The position numbers and the translations under genes were made by a program. The notes beneath the pieces were generated by a model, which was given only the letters and a program-made list of their open reading frames with translations, had not been told where the DNA came from and did not search any database. A DNA stretch of 64,000 bases from Convolutriloba macropyga (taxonomy: Eukaryota), in the NCBI RefSeq assembly GCF_964194025.1, contig NC_134469.1, positions 9,238,001-9,302,000 on the forward strand. Reading direction: 5' to 3'. The number at the start of each line of letters is the position of its first letter. Position 1 is the stretch's first letter. Below are positions 54,701 to 64,000 of this stretch, piece by piece.

Positions 54701-54903
54701 GTTAGCAGGACTTTACCTTGATCAGTGAAGGGCCAGGGTCCAAATATCAAAGCAGAAGTAGCGGAAGAGAACAAGCAGAACACCCCGTGAATCAAAGTCA
54801 CCACCCTACAGTTCCACTCAGGCGATTGATGTCCACAAATGGCAAATCTATTCAGCAGTTTGTACAACACAAACCAAAAGATAATCGAAGCCACAAACAA
54901 CAT
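48714..54903 (-). CDS. TLCD5: TLC-domain membrane protein, TLCD5/TMEM136-like; 4 exons: 54903-54717, 51206-50975, 50299-50091, 48916-48714; ~276 aa
   Basis: EWNCRVVTLIHG...GPWPFTDQGGPNT...LGYFLFDFVWC...MLIHHLLSI...SGTE...FGAEASNPFLQIRWFLKE matches the TMEM136 motif order as recalled. All three introns are GT-AG with consistent phases (1,2,1). The start and the last exon are less certain (internal GTAAGT at ~48749). Confidence 0.9.
49119..50032 (-). mobile_element. HINE-like element, subTIR family B, in intron 3 of the TLCD5-like gene
   Basis: AAACATAG, hairpin CTGGCA-gat-TGCCAG (49128-49142), AATAGCCGCA (49145-49154) ... TGCGGCTATT (50021-50030), then AA. Confidence 0.75.
49576..49980 (-). 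mobile_element. HINE-like element, subTIR family D, nested within the family-B element
   Basis: AAACATAG, hairpin CAGGAC-aa-GTCCTG (49584-49597), ACAATTCAAAGAATTT (49602-49617) ... perfect inverse AAATTCTTTGAATTGT (49963-49978), then AA. Confidence 0.75.
51799..52226 (-). mobile_element. HINE-like element, subTIR family A
   Basis: AAACATAA, hairpin CCGAC-taac-GTCGG, AATTGCTCTCAAACGA (51824-51839) ... perfect inverse TCGTTTGAGAGCAATT (52209-52224), then AA. G-rich interior. Confidence 0.8.
52408..52782 (-). mobile_element. HINE-like element, subTIR family A variant
   Basis: AAAACATAAA, hairpin CCGAT-taac-ATCGG (52418-52431), AATTGCTCTTGAAC (52435-52448) ... GTTCCAGAGCAATT (52767-52780), then AA. 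Confidence 0.75.
54533..54716. repeat. ~34-bp hairpin-forming minisatellite abutting the exon-1 donor of the TLCD5-like gene
   Basis: About 4.5 copies of GTCCTGTTTAGTTAGGAGTTTACTAAACGGTCCT, each with a GTTTAGT/ACTAAAC stem. Confidence 0.85.
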
Positions 54904-55349
54904 GCTGATGTCGAAGTGATGTGTGATAGCTGATTAAATGTACAAATAGCTTGTATACATTTAGTTATAAATCCTTATTGCTAACAATCTACTGCTTCTA
55001 AGGTTAGTTAGCTAGCGGACATTGTTATATTTACACGCTCATATAAATCTGAAAAGAAATTTAGTGGTTTTACATGTTTAACTTCATAAATTATTGAAGA
55101 CTTAAAATATATTCAGACTGTTTCTCGATTCAGATGCAAGCAGGACTCATACGACAAGGATCATCCAACAATTAGCCACTACGCATTAAAGACAAACTTT
55201 TTGCAAAACTCAATCAAGTACATGGCGGAGCAAAAAATTATTTTTTATTGAAATATGGATAATCTCTTCGCTGCTAAAAAAAATAATAAAGGGGAAAACA
55301 TAATATTCAAGCTTTCCACTATTTGAAAGCCCCCTTGATCATCTAGAAG

Positions 55350-55549
55350 NNNNNNNNNNNNNNNNNNNNNNNNNNNNNNNNNNNNNNNNNNNNNNNNNNN
55401 NNNNNNNNNNNNNNNNNNNNNNNNNNNNNNNNNNNNNNNNNNNNNNNNNNNNNNNNNNNNNNNNNNNNNNNNNNNNNNNNNNNNNNNNNNNNNNNNNNNN
55501 NNNNNNNNNNNNNNNNNNNNNNNNNNNNNNNNNNNNNNNNNNNNNNNNN
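55350..55549. other. Assembly gap (200 N)
   Basis: Run of exactly 200 N, typical of a fixed-size scaffolding join. Confidence 0.99.
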
Positions 55550-56122
55550 CCTCTTATGGGGCAAATGTTGTAAATGCAGCACATTTCAAATGCTACATAC
55601 AAATATTTGATATCGCGTTACACGGATTTGTGGTCCCATTGATTGGATAAAATGTTTTGTTCATTGTTCAATTTATGCTACCATGAACGCAGAAACAAAA
55701 ACAAAATAATTTATTTGGAAATCAATTTTTTCCTTATAGTACACGATGCCGGGATTCAAACATGATATTCAAGATTAATGTACTAAAAATCATTTTGACA
55801 AGATGCTAAATGCCAACATACAAAGGGGGAGTTTGGCAGAAAAATAGCGAGAATATATAAAAACGTTATATTTTCGCTAATTATTGCGCCCTTACTTAGC
55901 AAAGAAAATTTGATCATTTTTCGTTCGATGGCCATCCTCAATCTTAGCAGCTACATAATTACAGCACCCAACACGTTAACGTAATCCTATTTCAAAGGAG
56001 CTTTTGTAAAGATGAGTTGTAATCAGACTTACCAGAAAATTCATTGTATGCAAGTTTTCACTTGAAAATCACATACAGTCATCCAATTGTTCTCTATTTT
56101 TTGAATATTGGATAGCTATTTT

Positions 56123-57105
56123 CCCAGGCCTAGGCCTCGTCTTCTGAAAAGACTTTCAAAGTCTAGTAGGGGGGGCAATATTGACTATAATTACACGGTC
56201 GAGCTTCCTAGTTAAAGTCGAGCTAATATCTTTTCATGGGCCGAGCTTAAATCTTTTCATAACGAGGAAAGTCCAGCTAAAGACTTTTCATGGGTCCACC
56301 ATTAGTCATTTCATAACCAACAAAGTCGATTAAATGACTTTTCATGGGTCCACCATTAGTCTTTTCATAAGTCTGTTTTTTTCAAATTCCGAAATTTTTC
56401 ATTTTTGTCTGCCTCTGTACTTACAGACGCAGAGCCGGAGCAAGACTAAATAGCTTTGCACCGGAGCAGTCCAACTTAAAAAGTAGTTTGAAAACTGCTA
56501 AAAGCCTTAAGATCTTTGTCAAATTTTAAGATAAAGTGTTAGGGCAACTCGAGTATATTACCACCTTACTTGATTCGATGAAATCAGCTAGCTTAAGTGT
56601 ATTGGTCCTAGTCCCATTAGCCATGACAAATTTTTGGCGCTATTCACTTTGTTTTCCCCTCCAATATAATAAACTATCTTTTTTAATAAAAATAATGCAG
56701 GTTTTTGAGGGATTAGTGGTTCTTCTGAATCGTAAAAAAAGAAGGAGCATAAACGCTGACTATGTTATATGCAATATTGGACGGACAATTTCAATGGCAA
56801 AAAAGCAGACTTAAGAAAAGAACAATAATGCACCCATGAAAAAACTTTAACTCGACTTTGTTTGCAAACATCGTGTCGAGCTTAAGGCCAGCCGAAAAAT
56901 TGGGTCGAGCTAAAGTCTTTTGTAAAAATTTGAGTCCAGCTAAAGTCTTTTTGCGATTTTGCGACAAATCTGAGTCGGGCTAAAGTCCAGATTGTCTTCA
57001 ATTCCAGCTAAAATCTTTTCAAAGCTCATATGAGTCGAGTATGGTCTTTTCATAGTACATTTGGGTCGAGCATTGTCTTTTCATAAGTCTGTAACTAGAC
57101 CTGGG
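56123..57105. mobile_element. Non-autonomous DNA transposon with CCC...GGG ends (CMC/EnSpm-like) and subterminal repeats
   Basis: TIR CCCAGGCCTAG / CTAGACCTGGG with TT on both flanks. Many GTCGAGCTAAAGTCTTTTCAT-like subterminal repeats. The empty site is visible in the paralogous repeat copy at ~61915-61935. Confidence 0.7.
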
Positions 57106-57588
57106 TTATACTTCTGCTAAACATTTTAGTACATAAAACCTAGACCCCTTGAGACCTTGTAAGCCTGTCTGCTGATAGTGAGGTGGAACAACTGCTGGTC
57201 CATATCACAGGTAAGTGTAAACGATGACAAACTTCCAAGTTGTTCCCTGTCGATCCGTTAACAAATTTAAGTATCAATCCATAAAATGAGTATGCTGATT
57301 TAAGCCCGAGAAAGAGCCACGCAGTTTTGGTTTAGGGATATCAAGAGAACAAAATGCGAATCGGAAGGAAGATTTAAACTGGAAAGACTTTGTAACGAAG
57401 TGATGTAATTCCCGAAGCAAAAAATGAACGCAGTTACAACAATTGCAGGCTTCAACGACAACCGAAAAAATGGTGTCTCAATACTGTTGAGACTTCGAAA
57501 GGCTAATTAGCTTCGAACTGAACCCCAAAACTATCCTAATACTGAAAACTATTGGAACCTCAAATAAAAAAATTAAATTGCAATAAAA

Positions 57589-57635
<47 letters not shown>

Positions 57636-58399
57636 TATATACATAATATAAAGGGAAACAACAAACAATTACGCTCAAACATCTGTCCAGTGCAAACAAA
57701 GATCATAGTTAAATACAGAACTATCCAAAAACTAGTGAGGTCACCATTAATACTCTCGTTTGAACTTAAAAAGAAGAAAACATTGGAAACCGTTCAGCCG
57801 TCTATCATTATAAATGACAGAATTTTTCGCTCTTTCGTTTTTTCGCAACGACCAAAATCTTGTGAGGCGGAGGAAGCAGCTTCGAAGAAGAGCAAAATTG
57901 ATCTCTGTTTGAATAACCTAAATAACGTCAACTAACTTCAAATAACGCTTTGATAGAACATACGTTATCAATTTGCTCAATGTGCTACTTTTTTATTCAA
58001 AAAACCTTGCCGACTATGTCTGTCAACAATTTTATCACAAACAAGTTTACTAATTTTTTTTGACAAGATGCTAAAAGCCACCTTGCAAAAACGGGATTTT
58101 CGCAGAAAAAAACAGGAGAGATAAATGAAAACGTTATATTTGTGTTGATTATTGCGCACTAACTTAGTTTAAAAAATTTTCGGCATTATTCATTTGATTA
58201 CCATCCTCAATCACAGCAATCATATAACTATAGCTCCCAATACTTTACCGTAATTATAGTTTAATTGAATTTTGGAATGATGAGTTGTAATCACACTTTA
58301 CAAAACAATTAACGTGTGCTTGTGCAAGGCTTCATATGAAGATCACATACAGTCATCCAATTGTCGTCTATTTTTTGAATAATCGATAACATACTCAAA

Positions 58400-60430
58400 A
58401 ATTGATCGATGAACCAACACCTCAAACGGCATAGAAAACATCAGACTTTCTGACTTTTTTGACATTGCTGCAACTCAAATACTGTCGGCATATTATATGC
58501 TGAATTTGTGAAAAAACTTCAGATGCAAGATAATGGCAAACAATCAACATCCGCCCAAATGTTATGGTAAAATTGTTGTGATAAACTTATAAAATAGCCT
58601 CTGCTGTTCAAAAGTTCATTAGCACAACATGGGTTATACTAAAAACAACTCTGCAACCGATTTGTGCAAGAAAGAGGAGGGCAGCAACCATCTTGTGGAA
58701 TGTACTGGCCCAAGGTTTGATGAGAACTGCTGCATCATCTGGACAAACATTGGGTTGTGGACACTCATTTCCAAAAGTTTCTTCGCAGAGCCCTTCCTAC
58801 GTGGTTTTTTTGTTTACCAGGAACTGTAAAAAAAGAGCGTTGCTATGCTGTGGAGGACCTGTTTTCAGTCAGGGAGGCTGACAGCATTGAGCTGTACGGG
58901 CGCAAAAGAAAATGTGCGTATCTTTGGCGTAGATGAGGTAAAGATATCTTTGCATAGGTGTTGAGTGTGGCTGCGAAGGCAGGTGTCATAATCACTTCAA
59001 AAGATATGAGTACATGTCATCACTTACCACGTGGAGGTAAAGACCCAACGCCCATAATTGCCAAGTTTGCAGACGTTATACTAAACATCAGTTGATGAAG
59101 AAAAAAGGGACTTTGAAAACCACTAACATATTTGTTAATGACTACCTGATCCCAATTCGTGCCAAGATAACTAAAAAAATTAGTGAGAAGGAAAATGTCG
59201 GTAAAGTTTTTACTGTTAATGCAAAAAAAATATTTTTCTTATGCGGGACAATGAAAAGATTGTATTCGAAAATCTCTTTAAGTTCCAAAAGTAGGATGAT
59301 GAGCTATTCTCAGATGCATGCAAGAATGTAAAAAAGCTGCCTTTAAATCATTGGGATATCTGATGTACCAGTTTGCGAATTGATGTTTCTCTGGTCTGCT
59401 GAACTATTTTTGAACTGTTGTGGTGACGTCGAGCGAAATCCTGGGCCTGAAATCGAAAACGAAAATTTTTCAAATCTTCGCAAAAATATGAACAAAACTT
59501 ACGCGTTGCTCATATTAGCTTTCAAAACGTAACAAAAAGCGTATTCAACTCAATCATTTCTTAATGACTTTGGATAAAATTCTGTTGCGGGTATATCAAA
59601 AAGTTGATTTACAGCAGATGATAAACGTGTTTTAACCTGTTTGATCAATCAAAATACGACTCGTTTTGGTTAAATGTCGGCGAAAACTTGCATGCAACTG
59701 CAGGTTTAAAATAATTTTGAGTGTAACTTACAACCCCTCAAGTAGAAGCAGAATTAGTTCCTAAAGCAATTATTGACTAACATTGACAATTTTTCTTGAG
59801 AGTTTATTCCTGTTGTTCCCTTGGCTGATTTTAACATAGATTACCTAAATGTTAGCCAGAAAAAAATAGGACGCCACAGTTCCGCACTACAGTTTTACAA
59901 CATCTAGACCAAATTTAACTACGCGTTTCTATAAGCCGACAAACAGCAAGTAATTGAAACTGGTAAGCGTTTGCAGTAGGCGCTTATTGTCTTGTAGTAT
60001 AAGCCCACAGCAAGTAATTGAAACTGGTAAGCGTTTGCAGTAGGCGCTTATTGTCTTGTAGTCACAAAAAGTCCGCACTTGCCAAATATTTTTTGTGGGA
60101 GATCTTCCGTCTTTTTCGTCCTCTAAAACATATTCTTATCATGTACTGTTGAAGTGGAACTCAAAACTATTTTACCTGCGAGATGCAAGTGTAAATTTAC
60201 ATGAAATCAAAGTCGATTGAAAAAGTGTTTGACAGACGAGTCAACAGCTTTTCCTATCCATAAAACTAGCACACGGCGTGAATTCCGCTTCAAACGAACT
60301 GGGACCAGTTAAAATTCAATAAAAACTATTTGTGTTTGTATATAAATCTTTTACACTTATTGCATGTTTAGGAACAGCTATTCTTTTACAACAATATAGT
60401 GTTCTCTCTCTCTCTAACACTCTCTCTCAT
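58400..60430 (+). mobile_element. Decayed APE-type non-LTR retrotransposon (CR1/L2-like) fragment
   Basis: ORF1-like CHHLPRGG...PTPIIAKF (~59015-59070), 2A-like CCGDVERNPGP (59416-59448), and endonuclease remnants VAGISKS*F (~59584) and PLADFNIDYL (~59818). Frames are broken; boundaries approximate. Confidence 0.7.
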
Positions 60431-63400
60431 CTTTCTCTCTCACTAACGTCTAAAGCCTATGCTATTACCACTTGTACCAATTTTATTGCCTATCGGTAAC
60501 CAAATAATTTTCGGCAGCAGTTTTCCTTGCAAAAGCTAACGAGTTCTAGTTTTTCGCATTAGGAATTTTCACATTGTACTACTCGTGCAATCATGATTGA
60601 ATAACCAAAGAGACTATTTTTTGCCATAAACTTAAGCATTTTTATTTTGTTGGCCCTAACCCTCAAAACTGGTTACTTGACGTGCTGATAGTGGCAAGAG
60701 ATGAAACAACTGCTGGCTCTTATCACAGTAGTAAACGACCTCAAATTTCCAAGTTGTTTGTCTCATTCGATCCTTTAACAAAAATAATTATCAATCCATC
60801 AAATGCATAAGCTTTTTTTAAGACCAAGAGAAACCCACGCTGTCTTGTTTTAGGGACATCAGGAGCAAAATATAAAAATCCGAAGGGAGTTATAACCATG
60901 GATAACTGAATTTGAGGAGCAGAATTGGAAACCTTTGTAACGATGTGATGCAATACCGGAAGCAAAAAATGAATACTTTTTCAACAGTAGCAGGCTTCAA
61001 CGACAATTAAAAAATAATGTCTCGTTGTTGTTGGGATCTCGAAAGGCTATTTGAGCTAATTCAGTTCAACTTGAATCCCAATTACATTCTAATTGGAAAA
61101 ACTATTGGTACTTGAAAAAAATGTGAACTACAACATAAGCATATATACATTCATTATATCGAGAAAAACATAAAATAGTTACACCCAGGTATTTGACAAG
61201 TGCAAAGATAGAACATAAACATAACGAAACACAGAATTATCAAATAATGGTGGGGTCACCTTTAATACATGCGTTTAAGCTAAAAAAAAGAAAACATTAG
61301 AAATGGTTCAGCCGTCAATCATTGACAATGGCAGAAAAATTTTTCGCTGTTTCGTTTTTTCGCAACGACCAACATGTTTTGAAGCGAAGGAGGCCGCCTT
61401 GAAGAAGAGCGAAATTGATCTCTGTTGAATAATGTAAATAATGCCAACGTCAAATAACTTCAAATAAAGTTTTGACAGAACATACGTTACCACTTTGCTC
61501 AATTTGCTATTTTTTATACAAAAATGCTAGAACCTTGTCGACTAATTCTTTCAACAATTTTATCACAAGCAATTTTACTAATTTTTTTCTGACAAGATGC
61601 TAAAAACCAACTTGCAAAAAACGGATTTGGGCAGGAAAAAAAAAGAGGAGAGAAATACAAAAACGTTATATTTGTGTTGAATATTGCGCCCTAACTTAGT
61701 AAAAAAAATTAAACAACTTTCGTTTCATAGCCATTTTCAGTCAACCCATTTTCAAATAATTATAGCTCCCAACACATTACCGTAATTATAGTTTAAAAGA
61801 TTTTTTGTAAAGATCAGTTGTAATCACTCTTAACAAAAGACAATTAACTTGTGCAAGGTTTCACATGAAGTTCACATACAGTCATCCAATTGTACTCCAC
61901 TTTTTGAATATTGGATTGATATTTTATAATTCTGCTTAATATTTTAGAACAGAAACCCTAGACCCCTAAACCCTAGACGTTGTCAGATAGTGAGGTGGAA
62001 CAAATGCTGGTTCATATCACAGGTAGTGCGAACGATGACAAACTTCCAAGTTGTTCCGTCTCACTCAATCCTTTAACAAATTTAGTTATCAATCCATCAA
62101 AAGAATATGCTGCTTTAAGCCCAAGAGAAACCCTCCCAGTTTTGTTTTGGGGACATCAAGAGAAAAATTTGTCTGAAGGGAGTTATAACCTGGAAACCTT
62201 TGTAACGTTGTGGTGTAAAATCGGACGCAAAAAATGAACGCAGTTTCAAAGATTGCAGGCTTCAATGAAAACCCAAAAAAGTGTTATCTCAATGCTGTTG
62301 AGACTTCGGAAGGCCACTTAAGCTGATTGGTTTCAAATTGAACCCAATACTATCCTAACTCTGAAAACTATTGTAACTTCAAATAAAAAACAACTAAATT
62401 GAGACAACAGCGTATATACATACAAAAAATCATGAGGAACAACAAATACTTACGCTCAAATATCTGGCCAGTGCAAAAAAGGACATAGTTAAATACAAAA
62501 AAATCGGAAAAATAGTGTTGGTCCTTGCGTTTAAGCTTAAGACCCAAAAAATACATTTGGAAACGTTCAGCCGTCCCTCCATAAAATGGCAGAAAAAACA
62601 TTTCCTTGTTTCGTTTCCTCGCAACGACCGATATTTTTTGAGGTGGAGGAAGCAGCTTCCAAGAAGAGCGAAATTGATCTCTGTTTGTATAACTTAAATA
62701 ACGTCAGCCTCAAATAACTTCAAATAAAGCTTTGAGAGAACATACTTTGCTCACATACTTTTTTCACAAACAATTTTTCTAAATTTTTTTGACAAGATAA
62801 TAAAAATGAACTTGCAAAAAAAAAATTTTGGCAGAAAAAAACAGGAGAGATATATAAAAACGTAATATTTTTGTTGATTATGGGCCCCTATCTTAGAAAA
62901 AAAATTTATGCATATTTTGTTTGATGATCATCTCCAAACATAGCAATCATATAATTATAGCACCCAACACATTACCTTAATTATAGTTTAATAGAGTTTT
63001 TTTTAAAGATAATTTTTAATCAGACTTAATAAAAAAGTTTACGTATGCAAGGCTTCACATGAAGATCACATACAGACATCCAACTGTGGTTTAATTTTTG
63101 AAAATTGGGTTAACTTTTGAAAATTTGGTTCGTCTAGTATTTGAAAATCGGGAAAATTGCGTTGAATTGGGTTATTCTTTTGCTCAATTCTTTAGAACGG
63201 CCCCTCGAGACTTCTATCTACCACGCAGGTGCAAGCTCCATCATGCCAAGAAAATTTTTCGACTGGCACAATCTAGGTGCTAAGATGGCTCTGATGCAAG
63301 ACTTTCATCGGGTTCTAACAATTAGAGTTCATTATGAAAAGTATTTGAATGAGCAAGAAAACACAGGGAACAAACTCGATCTAGACCATTACAGAGCTAG

Positions 63401-64000
63401 CATCATAGCTTCCTTTTCTTAATATTTTTACTGGCAGCCAAATATAGTTCCAAATGTTCTAGAGCTGTCAGATTTCAAAACCGAATACAGTCAATTTTGT
63501 TCAGGGTGTACCGGATACTCTCACAATTTTTGACAAAGAAAATTCAACGTTGCCTTGTTAGTTAAGGCGGTTCAAAATTATCCGGAAATTGCGTTTTTGA
63601 TGTTCAGTTTTGTTTCTGTACTTCTTCGCTATAACACTACAAATACATAATTGTTCCATTACAACTACAATAATTGTTTGTAAAGCCAAATGTTACGCAC
63701 TTAATTTTGAGGATGTTTATTCGGTGTTTTAGAAGGTAATCTCAGGTGTAATTAGATAAAAATATCATTCTTTTACAAAGACTTAAAATGCTTGTTTCAC
63801 GGTTCAATATTAGCAGATATAATTTCAATGCAATTAGCTAGAAATAGCCTTTATTTGAGCTGTTCAGATGCGTGATAAACCCAGATGTTGCCTGTTGTTT
63901 TCATAGCTTTTCAATCCTATAGTTAATTTCGTCAGTGTCTCTTTTAACTTTGGGAATCTCAGAAACATTTTGCAGCTCAATCTTAAATTGTCTTATCGAA

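Larger units (their letters stand above)
55790..63110. repeat. Old diverged tandem repeat of ~1.2-1.3 kb (about 3.5 copies) interrupted by two insertions
   Basis: Anchor CAG(T/A)CATCCAA at ~56076, 58350, 61879 and 63073; anchor GATAGTG...GAACAA at ~57174, 60686 and 61986. Confidence 0.85.

Noticed and set aside
54533-54716. CRISPR-like palindromic repeat array
   Set aside because: No unique spacers, no cas genes, and the context is a eukaryotic intron.
55339-55602. ORFs spanning the N run
   Set aside because: Artefacts of the assembly gap; contiguity across it is not guaranteed.
59930-60062. ~64-bp tandem duplication
   Set aside because: Simple two-copy slippage inside the LINE relic; no further structure.
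63098-63422. Coding-like overlapping ORFs near the right end
   Set aside because: No recognisable motif or splice signals; possibly a decayed element, but cannot be supported.

Overview
AT-rich eukaryotic genomic DNA with spliceosomal introns, most likely from an invertebrate animal (inference; taxon not determinable from the sequence). A 200-N scaffold gap lies at 55350-55549. Three protein-coding genes can be reconstructed by hand: a two-exon LSD1/KDM1A histone demethylase (minus, 29068-31643); a divergently transcribed five-exon secreted cysteine-rich protein with probable ependymin/LolA-like fold (plus, 31932-35098), whose intron 3 needs a non-canonical GA donor; and a four-exon TLCD5/TMEM136-like membrane protein (minus, 48714-54903). 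The rest is mostly repeats: a decayed BEL/Pao LTR element, a decayed APE-type LINE with a 2A-like DVERNPGP motif, several MITE/foldback elements, tRNA-like heads, and four tandem arrays (about 4.5 kb x3, 1.0 kb x2, 1.5 kb x4.6 and 1.2-1.3 kb x3.5). The clearest hidden structure is a set of at least seven complete non-coding Helentron-type (HINE/DINE-1-like) elements. They share one terminal architecture (AAACATA, short hairpin, sub-terminal inverted repeat, cargo, partner inverted repeat, AA) but use four different inverted-repeat sequences and show compensatory base changes. They are nested or head-to-tail, all lie in one orientation, and their ends occur inside three of the tandem arrays. 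All coordinates were counted by eye and no database search was run.
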